Of a stretch of 43,257 bases of DNA, positions 27,113 through 37,730 are shown one piece after another. Origin of the DNA: Candidatus Woesearchaeota archaeon (GTDB lineage: Archaea > Nanobdellota > Nanobdellia > SCGC-AAA011-G17 > PNOQ01); the NCBI GenBank assembly GCA_043812195.1, contig JBDRML010000015.1, positions 1 through 43,257 of the forward strand, in the 5' to 3' direction. Both the position numbers and the translations under genes were made by a program. The notes beneath the pieces are model-generated. The model saw nothing but the letters and a program-made list of their open reading frames with translations, had not been told where the DNA came from and did no database searches. Each line of letters opens with the position of its first letter. Position 1 is the first letter of the stretch.

Positions 27113-27679
27113 ATGTTATACCAAAAAATTAGACAACTATGGAAAAGGCCTTCTCCAGAACTATTAAGAGAAAGACTTATCCAATGGAGAAAAGAACCTT
27201 CAATTATAAGAGTTGAAAAGCCAACAAGACTAGACAGGGCTAGATCTTTAGGTTACAAAGCAAAGCACGGTTTTGTTATTGTTAGAACCAGATTATTAAG
27301 GGGTGGAAGACAAAGAGAATTATTCAAAAGTGGTAGAAGATCAAAACACAGAAGAAGAAAGAAAATCGTAGGAAAAAACTATCAAACAATAGCAGAAGAA
27401 AGAGTAGCCAAAAAATTCAAAAATATGGAAGTTCTAAATTCATATCCATTAGCAAAAGATGGAAAACAAGTTTGGTTTGAAATAATTTTAGTAGATCCAA
27501 TGCACCCAAGAATTCAAACAGATAAAAACATAAAATGGATTACAAGACCAGCAAATCAATCTAGAGTTCACAGAGGCCTAACATCAGCAGGTAAGAAATC
27601 TAGAGGTTTAAGAAAGAAAGGCCAAGGTGCAGAAAAGATAAGACCAAGTCAAAGAGCAAACAAAAGAAGAGCTAAATAG
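27113..27679 (+). CDS. rpl15e: 50S ribosomal protein L15e
   Basis: [35 protein letters not shown]. Confidence 0.97.
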   Translation: MLYQKIRQLWKRPSPELLRERLIQWRKEPSIIRVEKPTRLDRARSLGYKAKHGFVIVRTRLLRGGRQRELFKSGRRSKHRRRKKIVGKNYQTIAEERVAKKFKNMEVLNSYPLAKDGKQVWFEIILVDPMHPRIQTDKNIKWITRPANQSRVHRGLTSAGKKSRGLRKKGQGAEKIRPSQRANKRRAK

Positions 27680-27908
27680 AGTATAACGTAACAGCAGGAT
27701 AATAAGCTCCCGCTAAAATACAATATTTATTTTCTAAATCCTTTAGGCATTCAATTTTTTCTTCTCTTGTTTTTAAAACAGACATTTGAGTAATATTCAT
27801 ATCTGGAACAGAACTAATCACTCTTAGTTTTGCTTCAACACCAATAGGGTCTCCAGAGCGTAAATACAATGCATCTAGTAAGTCTTGGTCATCATCATAA
27901 ATTACCAT
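27672..27908 (-). CDS. Hypothetical protein
   Basis: ORF with TATA-like sequence upstream; no motif recognised. Confidence 0.4.
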   Translation of the reverse strand: MVIYDDDQDLLDALYLRSGDPIGVEAKLRVISSVPDMNITQMSVLKTREEKIECLKDLENKYCILAGAYYPAVTLYSI

Positions 27909-27951
27909 AATAGTAGAACAATGATAACATATTTAAAACTATCTTTTTGAT

Positions 27952-28236
27952 CTAATAAGATCTATAAAAACTAAATTTAGGTCCTCTACTAAACCATCTT
28001 TTAAACATCTTTTTATTAATTAAATACAATACTCCACCAAATATAACTAAAGCAAATAAAAACAATAAAAATACAGTGCCTAATAAAATAAACAAACCAC
28101 CCACAATAGGAGCAGCCAATGCTAACAAAATCTTATTTCCTACTTTCATCCTGGCATTAGTTAATAACATAAGCGTAATCAAACTTATCAGTCCAGCCAT
28201 ATAAAGAACAATTTCCTTGACCATATCAAAAAGCAT
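27952..28236 (-). CDS. Small membrane protein
   Basis: 2-3 hydrophobic helices. Confidence 0.55.
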   Translation of the reverse strand: MLFDMVKEIVLYMAGLISLITLMLLTNARMKVGNKILLALAAPIVGGLFILLGTVFLLFLFALVIFGGVLYLINKKMFKRWFSRGPKFSFYRSY

Positions 28237-28265
28237 ATAAAGTTAGAATATAAACTTTTCTATCC

Positions 28266-29294
28266 ATGATAACAAAATCTGAATTAGACGAGATTAGAGA
28301 ATATTTAAGAAAAGCAGAGAATCCATTATTTTTCTTTGATGATGATCAGGATGGATTATGTTCTTATTTATTATTAAAAAAATACATAGATAAAGGAAAA
28401 GGAGTAGTAGTAAAAGCAGAGCCAATATTAAGTGAAAAATTATTGCATAAAGTAAAAGAGATATCTCCAGATTATATTTTTGTTCTAGATATACCAGAAA
28501 TTACTCAAGAATTTGTAGATTCTGTAAATGTTCCTATAATTTGGTTAGATCATCATGAAATATATGACATAAAAGGAGTTCATTATTATAATTCTAGAGT
28601 ACACAATCCAAAAGACAACAGACCAACATCATATTGGGCATATAAAATAACAAATCAAAATATGTGGATATCAGCAATAGGTGTAATATCAGACTGGTAT
28701 ATACCAGAATTTGTAAAAGAGTTTGAAGCATCTTATCCAAATATTCTACCTAAAAATGCAAAAGATCCAGCAGAAATTATGTACGAATCAAAGTTCGGCA
28801 AACTTACAAGATTATTTTCACTATTACTTAAAGGAAAAACAAGCGACGTAAATAAATCAATATCAATATTATCAAAAATTGAGTCTCCAATAGAATTATT
28901 AAATCAAGAAACCTCAAAAGCAAAATACTTATTCAAAAGAGTAAAGAAGTTAGAAGAAGAATATCAAAAAGTTTTAGAGTATTGTCTTAAACAAAAATCA
29001 AAAGACAAAGTATTAGTAATCACTTATCCAATAACAAAAACATCATTCACAAGCGAAATATCAAACGAATTAATGTACAAAAATAAAAATAAAGTAATAA
29101 TAGTTGCAAGAGAAAGTAATGATAGAATAAAATTAAGTATTAGAAGTCAAAAAATAAAAGTAACAGAAGCATTAAGAAAAGCAATAGAAGGATTAGATGG
29201 CTATGGAGGTGGGCACGATTTAGCATGTGGAGGAAATATTTCAAAAGAAGATTTTCCAGAATTTTTAGAAAAGTTTAAAAGTTTGTTAAATTAA
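28266..29294 (+). CDS. DHH/DHHA1 phosphoesterase (RecJ/NrnA-like)
   Basis: DDDQDG, VLD, WLDHH, SDW, GGGHDLACG. Confidence 0.9.
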   Translation: MITKSELDEIREYLRKAENPLFFFDDDQDGLCSYLLLKKYIDKGKGVVVKAEPILSEKLLHKVKEISPDYIFVLDIPEITQEFVDSVNVPIIWLDHHEIYDIKGVHYYNSRVHNPKDNRPTSYWAYKITNQNMWISAIGVISDWYIPEFVKEFEASYPNILPKNAKDPAEIMYESKFGKLTRLFSLLLKGKTSDVNKSISILSKIESPIELLNQETSKAKYLFKRVKKLEEEYQKVLEYCLKQKSKDKVLVITYPITKTSFTSEISNELMYKNKNKVIIVARESNDRIKLSIRSQKIKVTEALRKAIEGLDGYGGGHDLACGGNISKEDFPEFLEKFKSLLN

Positions 29295-29306
29295 AATTCT
29301 TATAAC

Positions 29307-31229
29307 ATGAAAAAATTAATATTATTCATACTTTTAATTTCAATAATTCCACTAACTTCAGCTCAGATAGAAAATTATAATGATTACACAGAATTAACAA
29401 TAGATTACTCTTTAAACACAGATTTAGTCTTAATAGGATCTTCAATGAATTTTTTAGAAGCAGAACTTTTTTTAATACCTTTGAACAATAATAGACAAGA
29501 AGTACAACAATTAAATATAAATTCAAATCCAACTGCAAATATTAATCAAGATTCAGATAAAATCACTTACAGATGGACAAATTACAATCCAACATTAAGT
29601 TTTGGATATAATTCAAGAATTAAAACTAAAAATATTTTATATCCAGTTAGCAAATCATCTTTTCCAATTCTATCAGTACCATCAGAAAACGAACAATATC
29701 TACAAGCAGGAGAAACAATAGATATAACGCCTGCAATAGTTAACAAAGCAGCAGAAATAATAGAAGGTGAAACAGATTTGTACACAGTAGTTTTCAAATT
29801 AGCAGACTGGACAAAAACTAATATTAATTATGATTTAAACACACTTACTGCAGAAGCAGCACAAAAATCTTCTTGGGTATTAAATAATAAAGAAGGTGTA
29901 TGTGATGAAATAACATCATTATTCATATCTTTCTTAAGATCTATAGGAATTCCAGCGAGATTTGTTTCAGGCTCAGTATATTCAAATATAAATTATAGAT
30001 TTGAAAATCATGGTTGGGCAGAAGTTTACTTTCCAGGGCAAGGATGGATTCCATATGATGTTACATTTGGTCAATATGGATGGGTAGATCCTTCACACTT
30101 AGAATTATCAAAAACTCTAGACTCAAAAGTATCATCAGTTAAGTATAGATGGGAGTCAACAAAGTTAGACATAGAGTCAAATCCATTAGAAAGAGAAATA
30201 GTAATAAAAAACCAAGGTTCAAAAATAGATCCAATATTTGATATAGATTTAGAAATACTAAAAAACGAAGTAGGTCCAGGAAGTTATATCCCTTTCAGAG
30301 CCAAAGTTTCAAACCCTTATGATAAATATCTATCAGATTCATTACATGTAACAAAAGCACCTGCAGCCCTAAACCAAAACCAACAGCAAGTCCTATTAAA
30401 ACCAAGTCAAGAAAATTCTGTATTCTGGATAGTTCAAGTACCAAATGATTTATTGCCAAATAGAATATACACATCAAAAATAGAAGTCAAAGATTTATTT
30501 GAATCATCAGATGAAAAAGATTTACAATTTGCAGATTCTTTTGAAGTTTTCACAGAAGAAGAAGCTCTAGATTTAATTGAAAAACTACAAGAAAAAGAAG
30601 AAAAATCATATTCAGAAGAGTTATCTTTAAATTGTGGGCCCTCAAAAAGCTATTATTATTTATTTGAACAACCAGAAATAACATGCAATTTACAAAATAT
30701 AGGAAACACCTTATTAAACAATGTTAACTTATGTATAAATTCTCAATGTCAATCAACAGAACTAAAGATAGCAGAAAAACAGGAAATAAAATTCCAAATA
30801 ACACAAGAACAAGCTAAAAATGAGTTAATAGCAACAGCAACTTTTAATGATAAAACTCTACAATCTTATGTTAATATAAAAATTTTAGAAAAACCAGATT
30901 TAGTAATAACAGGTTTAGATTATCCACAAGAAGTTAATTTCGGAGAAGATTTCATAATGTCTTTTATACTAACTTCAGAAGCAGAAGTTCAGGACGTTTC
31001 CATAGAAATAAATAATCTAGATCATATAATGATAGAAAAACAAGAAAGAGCTGAAGAAATAAGAATAGAAACAAGCTCAAAATACTTCATATCAAACATA
31101 ATAGACATAAAAGTAAAATATAAAGATGAATATGGATCACCATTTGAAGTAACACAGCAAGCTCAGATAAAGATTTTAAATACACCTTGGTATGAAAAAA
31201 TATTAAACTTCTTTAGAAATTTATTTTAA
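29307..31229 (+). CDS. Secreted/surface transglutaminase-like domain protein
   Basis: Signal peptide; GVCDE...RSIGIPARFVSG, HGWAEVY, WIPYDVT; Ig-like C-terminal region. Confidence 0.85.
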   Translation: MKKLILFILLISIIPLTSAQIENYNDYTELTIDYSLNTDLVLIGSSMNFLEAELFLIPLNNNRQEVQQLNINSNPTANINQDSDKITYRWTNYNPTLSFGYNSRIKTKNILYPVSKSSFPILSVPSENEQYLQAGETIDITPAIVNKAAEIIEGETDLYTVVFKLADWTKTNINYDLNTLTAEAAQKSSWVLNNKEGVCDEITSLFISFLRSIGIPARFVSGSVYSNINYRFENHGWAEVYFPGQGWIPYDVTFGQYGWVDPSHLELSKTLDSKVSSVKYRWESTKLDIESNPLEREIVIKNQGSKIDPIFDIDLEILKNEVGPGSYIPFRAKVSNPYDKYLSDSLHVTKAPAALNQNQQQVLLKPSQENSVFWIVQVPNDLLPNRIYTSKIEVKDLFESSDEKDLQFADSFEVFTEEEALDLIEKLQEKEEKSYSEELSLNCGPSKSYYYLFEQPEITCNLQNIGNTLLNNVNLCINSQCQSTELKIAEKQEIKFQITQEQAKNELIATATFNDKTLQSYVNIKILEKPDLVITGLDYPQEVNFGEDFIMSFILTSEAEVQDVSIEINNLDHIMIEKQERAEEIRIETSSKYFISNIIDIKVKYKDEYGSPFEVTQQAQIKILNTPWYEKILNFFRNLF

Positions 31230-31294
31230 AATAATTTTTATTTGTCTAAAATCACAAGAGAAAAAAATTTAAAAGCCATTTAACTCCTAATGCT

Positions 31295-31564
31295 ATGAAA
31301 ATTGGAGATTACAAAATTCAGCTTCCAAAAGGAAGTTATATCTCAGGAAGAGATATCCACAGACTACCAAACGATTTAGAAAAAATAGCAGATAATCTCA
31401 AACAAGAAGAAGAAACAGAAAGAATAATTACAATCATATTAAGTGAAGATGGAAAAAACAGCATAATTGGATATTACGTTTTAGATCAATATAAATCTAC
31501 AAAGATGCTTAATAGAGAACGCCACATATATTGCCATGAAATAGATAATTACCAAAGAAAATAA
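31295..31564 (+). CDS. Hypothetical protein
   Basis: ORF with TATA-like sequence upstream. Confidence 0.45.
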   Translation: MKIGDYKIQLPKGSYISGRDIHRLPNDLEKIADNLKQEEETERIITIILSEDGKNSIIGYYVLDQYKSTKMLNRERHIYCHEIDNYQRK

Positions 31565-31600
31565 TTCTAAATTAATTAGAGAAAAATGAAAAAAGAAGGT

Positions 31601-31846
31601 TTATTTACAAACCTTCCAATTAACTTTAACTGGTTTATCAACTTTTAAACCAACAGAATCGCCTTTCTTAGCACTAGCTATTTTTTTATGCTCCACCTGC
31701 ATAGAACTTACTTTTTGCTCAAAAGCATCTTCGCCATCACCTATAGTAATTTTATCTCCAGCCTTTAAAGTACCTTTCAAATCAATCACTGCAACACTAA
31801 TTTTATCAAAATAATGACTTATTTTTCCAATTTCTTTAGCTGCCAT
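31601..31846 (-). CDS. Small EF-Tu domain II-like beta-barrel protein
   Basis: IGKISHYFDKISVAVI...LKAGDKI...SAKKGDSVGLKV. Confidence 0.75.
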   Translation of the reverse strand: MAAKEIGKISHYFDKISVAVIDLKGTLKAGDKITIGDGEDAFEQKVSSMQVEHKKIASAKKGDSVGLKVDKPVKVNWKVCK

Positions 31847-31899
31847 TAGAGTTACCTCCCTAATACAATAAAATACTATTAATATATAAAACTTATTAA

Positions 31900-33381
31900 T
31901 TAGTAGCTCTTAGCAACATAAACAATATGTTTAGCTTTTTTATTACAAATAACACACTTTTGACCTGTTTTTACTTTGTCTTCTTTTGGATATAAAGTGC
32001 CACTCACATTACCACCTTCAGTTTCTGTTTTAAGAGTTTCAGCACATTTTTCTCCATCTAAATTCATAGAACAAAAAGGTATCTTGATAAAACCACGATA
32101 TTTTTTAATAACATCTTTTAATTCTTTAAGAGACTCCACAGTTCTTGTGCTGTCTTTAAAGTATTTTTTAGCTTTGTTTTTTATATCCTCATCTAATTTC
32201 AAAGAATATTTTTTAATATCATTTTTTAAACTACTAAGTTCAATTTTTCTTTTTTTTGGTTCTGTTCTAAGGGATAATGTCAAAAACCTCCCCTTTAATT
32301 CTTTAGGGCCAATCTCTATTCTCAAAGGGACACCAAAGAGTTCCCAATGGTTATATTTAAATCCAGGACTTCCTTCACTACAATCTAACTTTACCCGATA
32401 ACCAACTTTTTTTAAGTCAGATTCTATTTTTTTAGCTTTAGAAATAATTCTTTCATTCTCTTTTTGATTTTTAGAAAAAGTTACAGGAATTATAACTATT
32501 TGCAAGGGTGCCATATCAAATGGGATTATTAAGCCGTTATCATCACCATGAATCCCTATCAATGCAGCCATTATTCTCCAAATTCCAGGACCAAAACAAG
32601 TTTGCCATGCATAAACTTTATTCTCTTCATTATTCAATACTTTTATATTATATGCTTTCGCGAAATTTTGACCTAAATCATGAGTTGAAGCTAATTGATT
32701 TCGTTTTCCATCTGGCATTAAAGTATCTGGAGTATAGGTATTATCAGCACCCTTAAATTTATCCCATTGAGGTCTTTTAAAATATAAGAAAGGTATCTTT
32801 ACCTTATCATGTATCACTTTTTTACAAGTTTCTAAATCATCTTGAATTTGTTTTTCTACCTCATTATGTGTATTAAAAACATCATGAGTCTCAAAAAATA
32901 AGAACTCCCTTCCTCTTAAAAAAGGCCTAGTAGTCATTTCATTTCTATAAACAGACATTCTGCTTTGGTAACCTTTGAAAGGTAAATCTTTATGGCTTCT
33001 AAACCACAAAGAATACATTGGGTATATCTGAGCTTCTCCTGTAGGCCTCAATGCAAATCTTTCTTCTAATTTTTTGTTTCCACCATGCGTAACCCAAAAG
33101 ACTTCCGGATTAAACCCTGCATGTTCCTTTTCCTTTATTAAATCTTTTTCCTTAACAGATATAGGAAATAAAAACTGCTGATGTCCTTGCTTTTCAACCT
33201 CTTTTTCAAGATAATCATATATCTTTTTAATAATAAAAAATCCCCAAGGTCTATGAACTAAAAAACCTTGAATTCCAAATCTAGTATCTCCTAGTTCAGC
33301 TTTCTGTATAACTTGAGTGTACCACTCTGAGAAATTATCAGACTTCTTTACTGTAATTCCATGCGATTCTTTTTTTTCCAT
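31900..33381 (-). CDS. proS: Prolyl-tRNA synthetase (archaeal/eukaryote type)
   Basis: FSEWYTQVI, LRPTGE, TRPFLRGREF, HDLGQNFAK, HGDDNGL, GVPLRIEIGP; C-terminal AKSY. Confidence 0.95.
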   Translation of the reverse strand: MEKKESHGITVKKSDNFSEWYTQVIQKAELGDTRFGIQGFLVHRPWGFFIIKKIYDYLEKEVEKQGHQQFLFPISVKEKDLIKEKEHAGFNPEVFWVTHGGNKKLEERFALRPTGEAQIYPMYSLWFRSHKDLPFKGYQSRMSVYRNEMTTRPFLRGREFLFFETHDVFNTHNEVEKQIQDDLETCKKVIHDKVKIPFLYFKRPQWDKFKGADNTYTPDTLMPDGKRNQLASTHDLGQNFAKAYNIKVLNNEENKVYAWQTCFGPGIWRIMAALIGIHGDDNGLIIPFDMAPLQIVIIPVTFSKNQKENERIISKAKKIESDLKKVGYRVKLDCSEGSPGFKYNHWELFGVPLRIEIGPKELKGRFLTLSLRTEPKKRKIELSSLKNDIKKYSLKLDEDIKNKAKKYFKDSTRTVESLKELKDVIKKYRGFIKIPFCSMNLDGEKCAETLKTETEGGNVSGTLYPKEDKVKTGQKCVICNKKAKHIVYVAKSY

Positions 33382-33426
33382 CAGACAATTCTTTATTTGG
33401 TGATTTTTAAAAGTTTCTAAATATTA

Positions 33427-33501
33427 TGGGTCTAGAGGGATTCGAACCCCCGATCTTTCGGTCCGAAGCCGAACATTTTATCCAGACTAAACTATAGACC
33501 C
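33427..33501 (-). tRNA. tRNA-Arg(UCG), intronless, CCA not encoded
   Basis: Reverse complement folds as a cloverleaf: acceptor GGGTCTA/TAGACCC, anticodon arm TTCGG-CTTCGGA-CCGAA, T arm GGTTCGAATCC. Confidence 0.93.
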
Positions 33502-33591
33502 ACATAATAAAAAGCAGTTTTTAGTTTAAAAAAGCTTCTAAATCCAAAAAGTTTATATAAACCAAATTCTAAAAAAGTAATAAGAGGTAAA

Positions 33592-33867
33592 ATGGCATTT
33601 TATACTGAAACACTATTGGCAGATTCAGAATTGGTAGCTTTCTTTCTAAATCTGGGAATAGTTGGAATAATAATATCATTTTTAATAATAATATTCTGGA
33701 TATACATTTTAGTTGATTTACTAAAAAGAGATTTCAAAAAAGACATTGACAAATTAATATGGTTCATTTTATTATTAACTACATTCTTTTTTGGAGCAGT
33801 CTTATATTATTTCATAGTAAAGACTAATAAAAAGAAAACTAATAAAAAAAATAACCAAAACAAATAA
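33592..33867 (+). CDS. PLDc_N-like small membrane protein
   Basis: FWIYILVDLLKRDF...KLIWFIL...GAVLYYF. Confidence 0.75.
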   Translation: MAFYTETLLADSELVAFFLNLGIVGIIISFLIIIFWIYILVDLLKRDFKKDIDKLIWFILLLTTFFFGAVLYYFIVKTNKKKTNKKNNQNK

Positions 33868-33892
33868 ATACTCTTATTCTAATTTTTGATTA

Positions 33893-35026
33893 ATGAACAA
33901 CAATAATACTCACACATATAAGGCAGTAGCTGTATTAGCAGGAACAGTAGTTGGTGCAGGAATTCTCGGAATACCTTATGTAATAGCAAAAGCAGGTTTC
34001 TTAACTGGTATAGCAATCATACTAATTCTTGGACTAGCAATTTTAATGTTAAATCTTTTTGTAGGAGAAATAGTTCTAAGAACACCTGGAAATCATCAGC
34101 TTCCAGGATATGCTGGAAAATATTTAGGAAAGTGGGGAAAAATAATTATGACATTCACACTTCTCTTAGGAATATATGGGGCTCTAATAGCCTATATAAT
34201 TGGAGAAGGAGAATCTCTAGCAGCACTTTTCGGCGGAACTCCTTTAGTATTCAGTTTAATCTTTTTTAGCATTGTAGCCATTATAGTTTTTCTCGGATTA
34301 AAAACAGTTGTCAAATCAGAAGCAATATTTGTAACAGGAGTTTCATTATTAATACTTTTAATAGCAGCAGTTGCAATTTTCAGTGGAAAAATGGATTTAT
34401 CTAACCTAGCAGAATTTAATCCATTAAACCTTTTCATTCCATATGGAGTAATATTATTCGCATTTTTAGGAACATCATCTATTCCACAAATGAAAGAATA
34501 CCTATCTCATGACAGAAAGTTAATGAGAAAAGCTATAATCATTGGATCTTTAATCCCAATAGTAGCATATTTATTATTTGCATTTATCACATTAGCAATT
34601 ACAGGCACAACCACAACAGAAATAGCCACAATAGGTTTAGGAAATGCTTTAGGACCAAGCATTGTAATATTTGGAAACTTATTAGCAATATTTGCAATGT
34701 TTACATCTTTCCTTACTCTATCATTAGCAATGAAAGAATTATACCATTATGATTTAAAATTAAACAAACACCTTGGTTGGGCTTTAACTATGTTTGTACC
34801 ATTAATAATATTCTTATTAGGAGTAAAAAGTTTTATACAAGTTATAGGATTAACAGGTGCGTTTGTAGGTGGAATAGATGGAATACTCATAGTATTAATG
34901 TACTGGAGAGCAAGAAAATTAGGAAAAAGACAACCAGAATATAAATTAGGAAAAATGCATTTAGTTGGAATATTTATTATAATCTTATTTATCTTAGGAA
35001 TAATATACCAATTATTTAATCTTTAA
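33893..35026 (+). CDS. Amino-acid permease (Trp/Tyr, HAAAP-like)
   Basis: GTVVGAGILGIPY, YGVILFAF, TSFL; about 11 TM helices. Confidence 0.85.
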   Translation: MNNNNTHTYKAVAVLAGTVVGAGILGIPYVIAKAGFLTGIAIILILGLAILMLNLFVGEIVLRTPGNHQLPGYAGKYLGKWGKIIMTFTLLLGIYGALIAYIIGEGESLAALFGGTPLVFSLIFFSIVAIIVFLGLKTVVKSEAIFVTGVSLLILLIAAVAIFSGKMDLSNLAEFNPLNLFIPYGVILFAFLGTSSIPQMKEYLSHDRKLMRKAIIIGSLIPIVAYLLFAFITLAITGTTTTEIATIGLGNALGPSIVIFGNLLAIFAMFTSFLTLSLAMKELYHYDLKLNKHLGWALTMFVPLIIFLLGVKSFIQVIGLTGAFVGGIDGILIVLMYWRARKLGKRQPEYKLGKMHLVGIFIIILFILGIIYQLFNL

Positions 35027-36306
35027 GGCATATGTCTCAACATAGTTCTCGGAAATGCAATCGCATCCTTAATATTATCCAATCCACAAATCCATGAAAT
35101 CACTCTCTCAACACCCATTCCAAAACCACCATGCGGAATCGAACCATACTTTCTAGTATCAAAATAAAATTCATATTTCTTAGGATCTTCTCCAATAGAC
35201 TTCAAATTCTTTTTTAATTTTTCAATACTTTCCTCTCTTTGAGAAGCACCAATTAATTCTCCATATCCTTCAGGCCCAATCACATCAAAGCCTTCAACCA
35301 CTTTAGAGTTATTAGGATCTTCTCTCATATAAAATGCTTTAACACCTTTAGGATAATGTGTTACAATTATAGGAACGTCATATAAACTAGATAATTTATC
35401 TTCCTCGATAGTTCTCAAATCCTTTCCCCATTGAATTTTCATCTTAGCTTTTTTCTCAAGAACTACAAGAACTTCACTATATGTCATTCTTACAAATTTC
35501 TTTTTAATAGTTGGTTCTAATTTCTTAACATCTCTTTTCAAAATTCCCAATTCTTTTTTATTTTTATTTAAAACTTCTTTAACAATAAATTTGATCAGAT
35601 TTTCAGCATAGTCTTGTAATTCTTCAAAAGTATTCCAACCAACTTCCATTTCACCATGCCAATATTCAGTCAAATGCCTGCTTGTTTTAGATTTCTCTGC
35701 TCTGAATGAAGGAGATAGAGTATATATTTTTTCTAAAGCTTGTACAGCAGGTTCAGCAAACAATTGCCATGTCTGAGCCAAATAAACTGGCTTTCCAAAA
35801 TATTTAACTTCAAATAAAGTAGAACCGCCCTCACATTGCATTGATTGAAAAATAGGGCTTTGATATTCATAAAATCCTTCTTTTCTAAAAAACTCATGAA
35901 TTGCTCCAAAAACAGTGCTTCTTATTTTCATAATAGCAATCATCTTTCTACTTCTTAACCACAAATGTCTATTATCTGCTAAAAATTCTATACTTTGGTC
36001 TTTTCCAATAGGAAAATCTTCAGCAGCATGAACAATATTCAATTTATCTACTTCAACTTCATAACCATTTGGAGCTCTTTTATCTGCATAAATTTTTCCA
36101 GAAATTTCAATAGAACTTTCAATCAACAACTTATCTGCTAAAATAATCAAATGAGGTTTTTTAATAACACATTGAACAATATCAGAAGAATCTCTAAGAA
36201 CAATAAATATCTTATCTTTCATCTTCCTTATTCTATAAATCCATCCCCTAATAGACACTTGTCCAGTTTTTTTCTTTAAGGCACTTTCAACTTCTATGAA
36301 TTTCAT
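35023..36306 (-). CDS. asnS: Asparaginyl-tRNA synthetase
   Basis: OB fold, NRHLWLRS, CEGGSTLF, FRAEKSKTSRHLTEYW, GELIGASQRE, PHGGFGMGVER. Confidence 0.88.
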   Translation of the reverse strand: MKFIEVESALKKKTGQVSIRGWIYRIRKMKDKIFIVLRDSSDIVQCVIKKPHLIILADKLLIESSIEISGKIYADKRAPNGYEVEVDKLNIVHAAEDFPIGKDQSIEFLADNRHLWLRSRKMIAIMKIRSTVFGAIHEFFRKEGFYEYQSPIFQSMQCEGGSTLFEVKYFGKPVYLAQTWQLFAEPAVQALEKIYTLSPSFRAEKSKTSRHLTEYWHGEMEVGWNTFEELQDYAENLIKFIVKEVLNKNKKELGILKRDVKKLEPTIKKKFVRMTYSEVLVVLEKKAKMKIQWGKDLRTIEEDKLSSLYDVPIIVTHYPKGVKAFYMREDPNNSKVVEGFDVIGPEGYGELIGASQREESIEKLKKNLKSIGEDPKKYEFYFDTRKYGSIPHGGFGMGVERVISWICGLDNIKDAIAFPRTMLRHMP

Positions 36307-37658
36307 TTTAATTTCAACCCCAAATCTTTCAACTGTTTATCATTAACTTTTGAAGGAGCACCAGCCATTAAATCCCTAGCATCTTTATTCTTAGGGAATG
36401 CAATTACTTCTTTTATAGAATCGCTTTCAGTAATTAAAGCCATTATTCTATCCAACCCCAAAGCAATACCTGCATGGGGTGGAGCAAATTTCAAAGCATC
36501 CAAGAAAAAACCAAATCTATCTTTTGCTTCTTTATCACTTATTTTCAAAGCCTTAAAAACTTTAGCTTGTAATTCTGTATCATGAATTCTAACACTTCCA
36601 CTTCCAAGCTCCCAACCATTTAATACTAAATCATAAGCTCTTGAATAAGCTTTCTCAGGATTCTTTTCTAATTTACTAAGATCCTTTTCATTTATCCCTG
36701 TAAAAGGATGGTGAGCACTAATATATCTTTTATCTTCCTCGCTCCACTCAAATAAAGGAAAATCAGTAACCCAAACAAACTTATATTTTTCATCTTTTTT
36801 TCTCATATCTGGTTTATCTGATTTATATTTTTTAATAGATTGATCATAAGTTATTCTTTCAAAAGGAATTTTAATATCTACACTCAAAACTTTTTTCCAA
36901 ACATATTTAATCATCTTTTCTAACAAACTGAAAATATCTTCCTCTTCAGCAAAACTCATCTCCAAATCTAACTGTGTAAACTCAGGCTGCCTATCGGCTC
37001 TCAAATCTTCATCTCTCATACATTTAGCAATCTGAAAATACTTATCAAACCCACCAATCATTAATAACTGTTTAAACAACTGCGGACTTTGTGGTAAAGC
37101 ATAAAATTCACCTTTAAATTTCCTACTAGGAACTAAATAATCTCTAGCACCTTCAGGAGTAGATTTAGCCAAAATAGGAGTTTCAATCTCTAAAAAATCC
37201 TCACTATCAAAAAAATCTCTCATAGCTTTAATCATTTTATGCCTTAAAATTATATTCTTCTGCATTTCTTCTCTTCTTAAATCCAAATATCTATACTTCA
37301 ATCTAGTTTCTTCAGTAGATTCAATATCCTCCCCTAATTCTAAAGGCAATTCTTCAGCAGAATTCAAAACTTCTAACTTAGATACAGATACTTCAATTTC
37401 CCCAGTTTTCATTTTATTATTAGCCTGAGGTCTCTTTTTCACAATACCATCAACAGAAATTATAGATTCTCTCTTTAACTTTTGCAATTTTTCAACAAAC
37501 TTACTAGAAAAAAATATCTGAGTAAGCCCATATCTATCTCTTAAGTTCACAAACCCAATTTTACCATGGGTTCTAATGCTATCAATCCATCCAGATAGCT
37601 TGACTTTTTTGTCAATACTATTTTTATCGAGTTGGCCGCATGTGTGTGTTCTAAGCAT
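36303..37658 (-). CDS. aspS: Aspartyl-tRNA synthetase, bacterial type, without GAD insertion
   Basis: LRTHTCG, STPEGARDYLVP, LPQSPQLFKQLLM, RADRQPEFTQLD, HHPFT, PPHAGIALGLDR. Confidence 0.93.
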   Translation of the reverse strand: MLRTHTCGQLDKNSIDKKVKLSGWIDSIRTHGKIGFVNLRDRYGLTQIFFSSKFVEKLQKLKRESIISVDGIVKKRPQANNKMKTGEIEVSVSKLEVLNSAEELPLELGEDIESTEETRLKYRYLDLRREEMQKNIILRHKMIKAMRDFFDSEDFLEIETPILAKSTPEGARDYLVPSRKFKGEFYALPQSPQLFKQLLMIGGFDKYFQIAKCMRDEDLRADRQPEFTQLDLEMSFAEEEDIFSLLEKMIKYVWKKVLSVDIKIPFERITYDQSIKKYKSDKPDMRKKDEKYKFVWVTDFPLFEWSEEDKRYISAHHPFTGINEKDLSKLEKNPEKAYSRAYDLVLNGWELGSGSVRIHDTELQAKVFKALKISDKEAKDRFGFFLDALKFAPPHAGIALGLDRIMALITESDSIKEVIAFPKNKDARDLMAGAPSKVNDKQLKDLGLKLK

Positions 37659-37730
37659 ACCACTAAGTTTTTGTTTTAGTTATTTAAACCTTTCCAAAAT
37701 ATATATAAACCATATAAGTAATTATAATCT

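Noticed and set aside
33427-33501. tRNA-Arg as the integration site
   Set aside because: It is about 13 kb from the element and no partial copy was seen at either boundary
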